From the NCBI RefSeq assembly GCF_004010195.1, contig NC_057750.1:8516392-8536391 (forward strand): a DNA stretch of 20,000 nucleotides, written 5' to 3'. The translations under genes were made by a program, and so were the position numbers. The notes beneath the pieces were generated by a model, which worked only from the letters and a program-made list of their open reading frames with translations, was not told where the DNA came from and ran no database searches. This document shows, piece after piece, positions 10,862 through 20,000 of the stretch. The stretch is from Chiloscyllium plagiosum. Its lineage: Eukaryota. The number at the start of each line of letters is the position of its first letter. The first letter of the stretch is position 1.

Positions 10862-10895
10862 ACCTGATGAAGAAGGAGTGCTTCAAAAGCTGGTG
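10862..10895 (+). ncRNA. Degenerate hammerhead motif of the host PLE pLTR
   Basis: acCTGATGAagaaggagtgcttcaaaagctggtg: core box 1 intact, stem II imperfect, GAAA mutated, palindromic AGCT stem III. Confidence 0.5.
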
Positions 10896-11334
10896 CCTCC
10901 AAGCAAACCTGTTGGACTATAACCTGGTGTTGTGAGATATTTGTCCAACCCAGTCCAACACTGGCTGCTCTAAATCATGACTTTTTAAGAGTTCTTTTTG
11001 CTCTTGCCATTTAAAATACCAATTCATTTATCATTTTTCTTTGTTTTGTTTGTATTTTTTTTGCATACACAACATTTTAAAGTGGTTTCCTTCCCCAGAT
11101 TTGTTCTGATTGTCCAGATATCTGAGGCATACAGGAAAAGGGATAGAGTGGAGCATCCAGTGCGTTTCCTCTTTGCTATAAGCTGGAACTTTCTTATTGT
11201 TCAAAATTCTTGACCTTCAAAATTCTTTCTGGTTGCTTCCATTCTTCTTTTGACTTTGGCCTCGCAGCTGCCATCTTCTTATTCCACTTGCATCACCATT
11301 TGTCCTCAGCACATGACCTTAAGATGGAAATTTG

Positions 11335-11675
11335 CAGCTCGAAGATCTAATTGAGGTGTATGAAATTATGAAGGGGCCTGGAAGGTCTGGGTTTGAGTGA
11401 TCTAATTCACTTCATGAAAAGAGACACCAGGAGAAATAGATATAAATCTGATAGAAAACCTTGAGGAAAAACCTCAACCAGAGAATATTGAGTGTCTCAG
11501 ACTCGCTGTCTGAAAGGGACAAAGAAGGAGAAACACTCATTGTGTTTTAGAAAAAAATACTCAAGCATGCAGCTGAGGCCTGTGGACCGTGAGTAGAAAG
11601 TTGGATTAAGTTTGAGACCATTTTCGCAGACCACCACAGAAATGATGGCCTCCCTCTGCTTTACTACAATTCTTT
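11335..11675 (+). mobile_element. Very old CR1 3' fragment
   Basis: gaagatctaattgaggtgtatgaaattatgaagggg...atggcctccctctgctttactacaattct. Confidence 0.6.
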
Positions 11676-12055
11676 GCAGTGGCTCTTCCAAAACATGTGC
11701 TACAGTGGTTCATGAAGAAAACTGAGGGGCAATTAGAGATGCCAGCTTTGCCAGCCTATATCCCAAGGATGCATTTTTTAAAAATTCTCAGATTTGAGAG
11801 GAAGGGACAGTCTAAGAAGAGGAAAGATGAATATAATTTTGTTGGATGGATAAAGTAAAATCAAAACGAGTGCAGGAAAGTTCACTGTATCCAACACACA
11901 CTGGGGAAGTGTTGCTTAACGATTTGCAATTTGTGACAGTAATAGGATTTAAAGAAAGAAAACATGCCTTCATGTAAATGCTAATGTAGAGGGGCTTGGA
12001 GGTTCAACTTTGATTCTTTCCTCTGAGAATGCTGAGGGAAAATAACATGATTCGA

Positions 12056-14325
12056 GACAAAAAATACTGCAGATGTTGGAATCCAAAGTGGACAGGCAGG
12101 AGGCTGAAAGATCACAGCAAGCCAGGCAGCATCAGGAGGTGCAGAAGTCAACGTTTTGGGTGTAACCCTTCTTCACGACTGAGGGTGGGTGTGGGGGGGC
12201 TGCAGATAGGGGGAGGCAGGGGCAGGGTGGTGAAGTGGGCATAAGTAAAGACAGATAGAGGGTACGACCTGGTTGGTCACTGGAAGGGGTGAACCCGGTT
12301 GGTGGCAGGGAGCAGTAGAAGGGAGGGGCTGGGAAGGGAGTCGGGGGATGAGGAAGGAGGGTAGTTGAAATTGGAGAACTCAATCTTGAGTCCTCCAGGT
12401 TGCAGGGTGCCCAGGCTGAAGATAAGGTGTTGTTTCTCCAATAGGGGCTGTGGTTTGTTTTGGCAATGGAAGAGGCCAAGGATGGTCATGTCAGAAAGGG
12501 AGTGGTTGGGGGAATTGAAATGGGCGGTGACTGGTCTGGTCGGCCCCTGCAGACTCGGCTGCTATGCTTGGTGAGCCGTTCCCTGAGTTTACGTTCGGTT
12601 TCCTTGATGTCGAGAAGACACATGAGGAGTACCTGATGCAGTACACTAGTTTGGAAGAAAGGCAAGTGAATCTCTGTCTCATCTGGAAGTACTGTTTGGT
12701 GCCCTGGATGGAGGTGGAGGGGGTTGGTGTACCGGCAGGTTTTGCATCTTTTCTGGTTGCAGGGGAAAGTACCTGGGGATTCCCCTCCCCATTCCTCTCT
12801 GCCTTCCGCAAGGACTGTCGGAGGGAACCGACTTTGCGGAAGGCAGAGAGGGGTGGGGAGGGGAAGATGTTCTCAGTGGCGGGGTCTATTTGGAGATGGA
12901 GGAAGTGTTTGAGCATGATGCATTGGATGCAGAGACTGGTGGGGTGGTAGGTGAGTCAGGGGACAGTCTTTATTCACTGTCTTATTGTGTTGGGTGGGGG
13001 CAGGTTTAAAGTGGTGGAGCGGGGAATGGTCGTGGTGCGGCGGAGGGCTGTCTGGATGACGGAAGGAGAAAAGAACGATGTTCAAAATAGGTGGACATCT
13101 GGGATGCTTGTGAGTTGAATGTCTCCTCGTCCGAGCAAATCCGGCAGAGGCGGAGGAATTGGGAGAATGGAATGAAGTTCTTGCAGGATACTGGGTAGGA
13201 GGAGGTGTAGTCCAGGTAGTTATGGGAAGGTTGTAGTAGATTTGTAGTAGATGTCTGTCTGGAGACTGTCACCGGAGATGGAAATGGTGAGGTCAAGAAA
13301 GGGGAAAGAGGTATCTGACATGGACCAAGTGAATTTGAGAGCGGGGTGGGAGTTGTGGGCAAAGTCGATTAACTGCTCCAGCTCAGCCTCGGTGCAGATC
13401 CCTGCACTAATGCAGTCATCGATGTAACGGCAGAAGAGTTGGGGTACAGTACCCATGGAGGTATTAAAGAGGGACTGTTTGATATAGCCGACAAAGAGGC
13501 AAGCGTAGCTGGGGCCCATCCAGGTACCCATGGCCATCCCTTTGATTTGGAGAAAATGGGAGGAGTTCAAGAAAAAGTTATTAAGGGTGAGGACCAGTTT
13601 GGCGAGTTGGAAGATGGTATTGGTGGAGGAGGACTGGATGGGTCAATTGAAGAGGAAGAAGCGGAGGGTCTGGAGGCCATGTGGCATATAGACATGTATA
13701 AGGACTGCACGTCCATAGTGAAGATAAAGCGCTAGGGGTGTAGGAACTGGAAGTTACTGATGAGATGGAGGGCGTGGTTAGTGTTGCGGATGTAGGTGGG
13801 AAGTGCCTGAACTAAGGAGGAGAGGATGGAGTCGAGGTAGGACGAGATGAGTTCAGTGGGGCAGGAGCATGCCAAGATGATAGGTCAGCCTGGGTAGTTG
13901 GGCTTGTGGATCTTGGGGGGCAGGTAGAACCAGGCAGTACAGGGCTGGGGGGCTATGAGTTTGGAGGCAGTGGAGGGGAGATCACCAGAGGCAGTGAAGG
14001 CACAGACAAGTGTCTTAGATTTGGGCATGATGGGTTGTGGGCAGCGGCGAGGTAAAACGTGATGTCAGAGAATTGGCGGTGGGCTCTGCCATATAGTGGT
14101 CCGTGCTCCAGACTATCACTGCCCCACCTTTGTCAGCAGGTTTGATGGTTAACCAGGGGTGCGTGTTTGGAGGGCGTGAGGTCAGACTGGGTGAGGGGGG
14201 TGGAGAAACTGAGGCAGCCAATGTCACGTTGGCAGTCTGCAATGAAGAGTTCTAGAGCAGGTACAAGGCTTTCAGGTAGTGACCAATTGGAGGAGGAAGA
14301 TTGGAGGCGGGCAAGCGAGTCCCAG
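12056..14325 (-). mobile_element. Near-complete decayed Poseidon-type Penelope-like element (RT + GIY-YIG + pLTR with degenerate HHR at about 12146-12180)
   Basis: IKPADKGGAVIVW, FTMDVQSLY, QIKGMAMGTWMGPSYACLF, RYIDDC, FLDLTI, HNYLDYTSS, RFTCLSSKLVYCI, LGTLQPGGLKIEF; many frameshifts. Confidence 0.95.
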
Positions 14326-14652
14326 ACTACATTTCCCAGCATCACCCCTGGGACCTACTGCCGACCTGCAGCCAGCCAGCACACCAGCTCTCCCTCCTTA
14401 CCCATTCACCCCTACAATGCACCCTACCGCTACACTTCTCCTCCTTCACGAGCACCCCTTCCCACATCACTCCCTAGCCCACATCCCTCCCAATCCCTCT
14501 TCTGTCCTACACCCAATTCCCCTTCACCACAACACATCCAACCGTCACCCACCATGTGCCATCACTATTCCCCCGACCAGCCACTCTGGGGCTCCCCCTT
14601 CCCTCCCACCGGCGAGCCCTGTCACATATTCACTATTCCCCCTCTCTCCTAC
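14326..14652 (+). mobile_element. Inverted upstream segment probably of the same PLE
   Basis: C-rich segment ending PCHIFTIPP, resembling the N-terminal ORF region of Poseidon elements; strand composition switches from G-rich to C-rich. Confidence 0.55.
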
Positions 14653-14697
14653 AATGGTATAGCGATAATGACCACTGAATGATCAGTGATAAATAAA

Positions 14698-14881
14698 GGT
14701 AAAGTCACCAAAGGGCTGCTGCATCATTGGAAAGAGCCAGCTGGTGGTGATTTAACCTGACGGTCACCACAGGTTGAGAAGGAGACCATGGTAATTTCAG
14801 CAGGTGCAGGAATTAAATCTATGCTGTTGGTATCACTCTGCATTGCAAACGAGCCAACCAGCCAACTGTGCTAACCAGCCG
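14698..14881 (-). mobile_element. tRNA-derived SINE
   Basis: Reverse complement ggctggttagcacagttggctgg...gatttaattcctgcacc (A/B-box-like)...tcaggttaaatcaccaccag...ggtgacttt. Confidence 0.6.
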
Positions 14882-14994
14882 GTGGGAATATATATTGGTC
14901 AGAACACTCAGGTTAAAACTTCTGGGTTTTTTTTTCAAACCAGTGTCCAAAGGGCATTTTTTTTTGTCATCAGCCCAAGAGGATGGAGGTGTCT

Positions 14995-15060
14995 ACAGTT
15001 TATCATCTTGTCTGAAAAGTGGCACTTCCAACAGTGTGGTACTGAGCCTTGAATTGCATG
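14995..15060 (-). mobile_element. DeuSINE fragment
   Basis: gtttatcatcttgtctgaaaagtggcacttccaacagtgtggtact resembles the reverse complement of the region near 2435-2465. Confidence 0.4.
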
Positions 15061-16363
15061 CCATCCTTTCTGACCTTGCTTTTGATTTTGTCAGAGATTA
15101 AAAGAGAACAACAGCAGGAGCTTTGTTCATGTTCCTGATATTAACCTGCAGGGCCCTCTGTGGTTCTGCTCCTGCTTCCTAGTCACTCAAATAATGATCT
15201 CTGTGTTTGCCTAGGTGTAGACAAGTTTGCCGGCCAACTCCAACAAATCAATTATGTGACCTTCAAATGTTTCCTGAATGATATAATTAGCCAATGCAAT
15301 TTCGTCCAGTGTATACAGGGACACTGTGGGAATTGGCTTACATTAAAGACCAAATTGTCTTCCAGATCTGTAATTGACAGCAAATTGTATTGCATCAGAC
15401 ACTGGAGCAATAATTGCATTCTGATTATGTTTTGAGAAGCGGTAGTTTGCCCACATGAAACGTCTTTGAGCAACAAAAAAAAATGCCTCAAGCACCAGAG
15501 TGTAAAAGAACCTTCCATTAACCCTAGATTTCCTGTGAAAGGGATAGAGTTGGCAATTGTTCTGAGGGCCCACATGCCAGGAGACTACAATGACTCACTC
15601 CTGCTATAATGAGCCAGCTTATTAATGAGATCTCACTGGATGGGAAATTGCAATCTTTTCCCATGTCACGTGAAATTCAGTCCCATTTGTTACCTTTCGA
15701 AATTGCCATTGAAAGATGGTGCTGCAGCCAATCTTTACTCAGTTTAACATTCATTTACAGAATGAAATTTTACAAGTGTATGCCTCTAAAATCAACTACC
15801 AGTTGCCGTGAGTGTCAGTCTACTTAAGGGAAACTTCCAGTTAAGCTCCTCTACTGCATATAATTAAACATAATTGACGATTACCACCGTTGATTTCAAT
15901 AAAATCAAATGTTGGGTGTGAAAGTGACTGTCCATGTATTTGTGATTCTCTTCCTCCCTCCCTACAGCCCCAGGGAAATTACATCCCCTTTCACCAAGTT
16001 AAACTTCACATTTGCTCACCTCCACATCCTGCTTTTGAGGTTGAACGGTCACTTGATTTCAGGATCTTAAGAGTAGAGGGTAAATAAAAATTTCTTATGT
16101 TTGTTGACAAATCTAGCATAACTGCAACATGCATTGTTAAAGCATCTTTATTGTGATAAAATACCAGGAATATTTCACCAGGGGATGATCAGAACAGCGG
16201 CTGCTAAGACAAAGAAAATTAAGCATTCACTGTTGGGCCAATTAATCTGTTTTGGGACTGCCAATGCTACGTACCTCTTTGCAATATTAAATAATACCTT
16301 TGAATGATTCGTTTGAGACTACTTTCCATCAAGCCTGGCATAGATCAGCTGATTCATCTTTTT

Positions 16364-16574
16364 GGAGAAAGCAAGGACTGCAGATGCTGGAGTATCAGAG
16401 TCGAGAGTGTGGTGCTGGAAAAGCACAGCAGGTCGGGTAGCATCCGAGGAGCAGGAGAATCAACATTTCGGGCATAAGCCCTTTCCTCATGAAGGGCTTA
16501 TGCCCGAAATGTCGATTCTCCAGCACTTCACATACTGCCTGAGCTGCTGTGCTTCTCCAGCACCACACACTCAA
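16364..16574. mobile_element. Older hairpin pLTR-only PLE insertion with about 15-bp TSD
   Basis: Arms 16399-16483 and 16492-16576, spacer tcctcatg; TSD ctgattcatcttttt (16349-16363) / ctgatttatcttttt (16575-16589). Confidence 0.85.
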
Positions 16575-16594
16575 CTGATTTATCTTTTTTAGCG

Positions 16595-16720
16595 GTCCTG
16601 GGAGTGTTTGATGTGGACAGTGTAGAGAGAGCTCCGCCCTTTGCCTAACCTCATGTTGAACTTGCCCTGGGAGCGTCTGCTGCTAAAGATAGAGGAAAAA
16701 GACTATTCCCCACAATGGAA
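16595..16720 (+). repeat. Repeat fragment with an internal direct repeat (cctgggagtgtttgatg)
   Basis: cctgggagtgtttgatg at 16597 recurs as cctgggagcgtctgctg at 16666; resembles a common shark tandem/SINE-associated unit from memory. Confidence 0.4.
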
Positions 16721-16900
16721 ATTCCTCAACTTGTAAAATCATGTACGAAAATTTAGGAAAAAACCCCCAAGTGCCATATCGCAATGGATCTCTCATGTAG
16801 AAGATGCCAAATGACTGAGTGATTTGAACCTACATCAAACCAAATTGCTAGTGATCACCAGTCCAGCTACTCAGAGGCTAGTTAGTGCTGTAATAGAGGA

Positions 16901-17106
16901 GAAAGTGAGGACTGCAGATGCTGGAGATCAGAGCTGAAAATGTGTTACTGGAAAAGCGCAGCAAGTCAGGCAGCATCCAAGGAGCAGGAGAATTGACGTT
17001 TCGGGCATGAGCCCTTCTTCGAAGAAGGGCTCATGCCCGAAACGTCGATTCTCCTGTTCCTTGGATGCTGCCTGACCTGCTGCGCCTTTCCAGCAACACA
17101 TTTTCA
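16901..17106. mobile_element. Hairpin pLTR-only PLE insertion (89-bp arms) with 14-bp TSD
   Basis: Palindrome 16932-17109 centred on cttcttc|gaagaag, 5 transition mismatches; TSD gctgtaatagagga (16887-16900) / gctgttatagagga (17107-17120). Confidence 0.9.
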
Positions 17107-17512
17107 GCTGTTATAGAGGACACAACTATTCAAGGTCATGCTAAGGCCATTTGATCCATTGATGCTTGTCTCTTGTATCCTAATTCATTCGTTTTAGCAT
17201 TAATCTGCAACTTGGGCTCTCTTACTGTTTAACTACCTTTCCTGCCAGATTTTTGTAAACTCTCTTATCACTCTTTAGTTAAATAAAATATCTTATAAGT
17301 ATCGTTTTTAAATTTACTCTTTCACTGATATAGATTTATGGCACAGGTCTTGCTGCAGTGACTTACTTCGAAGTAATATCCGGAGCTTAGCTTATCTACA
17401 CCACTGAATATTTCATATTAAACTCAACTCACTGTGATTGCTGCAACCTATCCCTGTCTCGTCTGTACAATGCTGGAAATCTTTCACTATCCCCCCTTGG
17501 CTCAGCTCCATT

Positions 17513-19770
17513 ATAGAACATAGAACAGTACAGCACAGTACAGGCCCTTTGGCCCACGATGTTGTGCCAAGCATTTATCTTACTCGAAGATCAACCTAAC
17601 CTACACACCCTTCAATTTACTGCCATCCATGTGCTTGTCTAGCAGTCACTTAAATGTCCCTAATGTCTCCAACTCCACTACCACCACTGGCAATGCATTC
17701 CATGCACTCACCACTCTCTGCATCATCTACTTCTGACATCTCCCCTATACCTTGCTCCAAACACTTTAAAATTAAGACCCCTCGTGACAGCTATTTCTGT
17801 CCTGGGAAAAGTCTCTGGCTATCTACTCTATTTATGCCTCTCATTACCTTGTACACCTCTATCAAGTTACCTCTCTTCCTCCTTCTCTCCAGTGTGAAAA
17901 ACCCTACCTCACTTAACCTCTCTTCATAAGACAAGCCCTCCAATCCTGGCAGCATATTGGTAAATCCCTGCACCCTCGCTGAAGCATCTACATCCTTCCT
18001 ATAATGAGGCGACCAGAACTGGGCACAATATTCCAAGTGTGGTTTAACCAGGGTTTTATGGAGCTGCAGCAAAACCTCGCAGCTCTTAAACTCAGTACTG
18101 CTGTTAATGAAAGCCAAAACACCATACACCTTCTTAACAACCCTATCAACTAGGGTGTCAACTTTGAGGGTTCTATGTACATGGACCCCAAAATCCCACT
18201 GTACCTCCACACTGCCAAGGATCCTATTTTTAACCCTGTATTCAGCATTCAAATTCGACCTTCCAAAATGCATCACTTCGCATTTATCCAGATGGAACTC
18301 CATCTGCCAGTTCTCAGCTAAGCTCTGCATCCTGTCAATGTCATGTTGTAGCCTTCAACAGCCCTCGACACTTTTAACACCACCAACCTTTATGTCATCA
18401 GCAAACTTACTAACCTACCCTTCTATTTTTTCATCCAAGTCATTTATAAAAACTACAAAGAGCAGAGGCCCAAGAACACATCCCTGCAAGACACCACTGG
18501 TCATTGACCTCCAGGCAGAATACTTTCTATCCACTACCACTCGCTGTCTTCTTTCAGCCAGCAAATTCTGTAACCAGACAGCCAAATTTCCCTGTATCCC
18601 ATACCTCCTAACTTTCTGAATGAGCCTACCATGGGGAATCTTATTAAATGCCCTATGAAATCCATATACACCACATCCACTGCTCGACCTTCGTCAACTT
18701 GTCTCATCACATCTTCAAAGAACTCAGTAAGGCTTGTGAGGTATGATCTGCCCCTCACAAAGCCATGCTGACTATCTTTAATGAAATTATGTTTTTCCAA
18801 ATAGTCATAAATTCTATCTCTCAGAATCCTTTCCAATACCTTGCTTACCACAGATGTAAAACTGACTGGTCAGTAATTCCCAGGGATTTCCGTATTCCCT
18901 TTCTTCAACATTTACCTCTCTCCATTCAGCTGGTATTTCTCCCATGGAGAGTGAGGGTGCAAAGATCATCTCCAGAGGCGCAGCAATCTCATTCCTCCCT
19001 TCCCAAAGTTATCTTGGATATATCTGGTCTGGCATCTATCTTGATGCTTCAGAATTTCCAGCACATCCACTTCTTTAATATCAATCTGTTCAAGCCTATT
19101 GACCTGGTCTACTGTGTTCTCACTATCAACAAGGCCTCTCTCTAGTGAATACTGAAGTAAAAAATTTATTTAGGGCCTCCCTTACCTCTTAAGACTCCAG
19201 GAACAAGTTCCCTCCATTATCCCTATTTGGCCCTATCTACTCTCTGATTATTCTCTTATTTCTCATGTACATGTAGAACACCTTTGGGTTTTCCCTAATC
19301 CTTCCCGTTAAGGCTTTTTGTGCCCCCTCCTAGCTCTCCTCAGTCCATTTTTGAGTTCTTTCCTAGCTACCCTGTAATTCTCTAAAGCTGTGTGAGATCC
19401 TTGCTACCTCAACCTTAAGTAAGCTTCCTTCTTCCTTTTGACAAGAGGCTCCTCTGCTCTTGTCATCCAATGCTCCTTCACCTTACCATTCCTTGCCTGT
19501 CTGTATGGGACAAAATTATCCAACACTTGCAACAAGTGCTCCTTAAACAGCGTCCACATTTCTTTGTGCCTTTCTCATAGAACAGCTGTTCCCAATTTAT
19601 ACACCACAGCACTTGTCTCATAGCAGTAAAATTTCCCCTAGCCCCAATTAAATACCTTCCCATATTGTCTGTTCTTATCCCTCTCCATGACTATGGTAAA
19701 GGTGAGGCAGTTGTGGTCACTGTCACCAAAATGCTCTCCTACCGAGAGATCTGACACCTGGCCTGGCTCA
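17513..19770 (-). mobile_element. CR1 LINE ORF2 (end of APE through RT, internal deletions) with (ttctatg)n tail
   Basis: VGEHFGDSDHN, KVLERILRDRI..SQHGF..GRS.LTSL.EFFE..VDVVYMDF, KFADD, WQMEFHLDKCEVMHFG; tail atagaacatagaaca. Confidence 0.95.
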
Positions 19771-19771
19771 A

Positions 19772-20000
19772 AATAGACAATAGACATTAGGTGCAGGAGT
19801 AGGCCATTCTGCCCTTCGAGCCTGCACCACCATTCAATATGATCATGGCTGATCATCCTTAATCAGTATCCTGTTCCTGCCTTATCTCCATAACCCTTGA
19901 TTCCACTATCCTTGAGAGTTCTATCTAACTCTTTCTTAAATGAATCCAGAGACTGGGACTCCACTGCCCTCTGGGGAAGAGCATTCCACACAGCCACCAT
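19772..20000 (-). mobile_element. Second CR1 family 3' end, probably nested in the previous CR1 (runs off the window)
   Basis: Tail aatagacaatagacattagg; 3' UTR hairpin aggccattctgcccttcgagcc; gcattccaca. Confidence 0.85.

Larger units (their letters stand above)
7815..10980 (+). mobile_element. Decayed Penelope-like element (RT C-half, GIY-YIG, CA-rich 3' UTR, pLTR) interrupted at 8881-9969 and 10706-10861
   Basis: PQYANIFMHRFEQ, RYNDNIF (degenerate YIDD), FLDI, LYHKP, HSKHIKTAIPY; CQGNRCKTC and WYIGKT motifs across frameshifts; element resumes at 9987. Confidence 0.9.

Noticed and set aside
10734..10935. Three related copies of a ~30-bp motif suggesting a CRISPR array
   Set aside because: One copy is inverted, there are no unique spacers or cas genes, and the context is eukaryotic; explained by pLTR nesting
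14167..14682. 171-aa Pro-rich ORF as a host gene
   Set aside because: Spans the PLE inversion junction; part antisense element, part decayed element sequence
12030..14700. TSD for the large Poseidon element
   Set aside because: No convincing direct repeat found at the two ends
16364..17120. Hairpins as DNA-transposon MITEs or miRNA genes
   Set aside because: Arms are PLE pLTR sequence, ends are asymmetric, and TSDs are long and variable, which fits TPRT
7803..19856. Active RT or endonuclease genes
   Set aside because: All PLE and CR1 frames are broken by stops, frameshifts or deletions, and one PLE lacks the catalytic DD

Overview
Repeat-rich vertebrate genomic DNA with no intact protein-coding gene. 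The repeat types suggest a cartilaginous fish, probably a shark; this is inferred from remembered consensus sequences, not a search. Much of the window is decayed retroelements: CR1 LINE 3' fragments, two large Penelope-like elements (PLE; RT + GIY-YIG), L2-type tails and tRNA-derived/Deu SINEs. The most notable signal is a set of PLE terminal-repeat (pLTR) copies carrying minimal hammerhead-ribozyme (HHR) motifs. Three are TSD-flanked hairpin insertions that fold back at the ribozyme and share one asymmetric architecture, and one of these sits in the CTGATGA core of another PLE's ribozyme. A fourth insertion fuses a PLE 3' end back-to-back with a CR1 3' end inside a single 17-bp TSD. Unique stretches hold two candidate minus-strand exons and possible regulatory elements.
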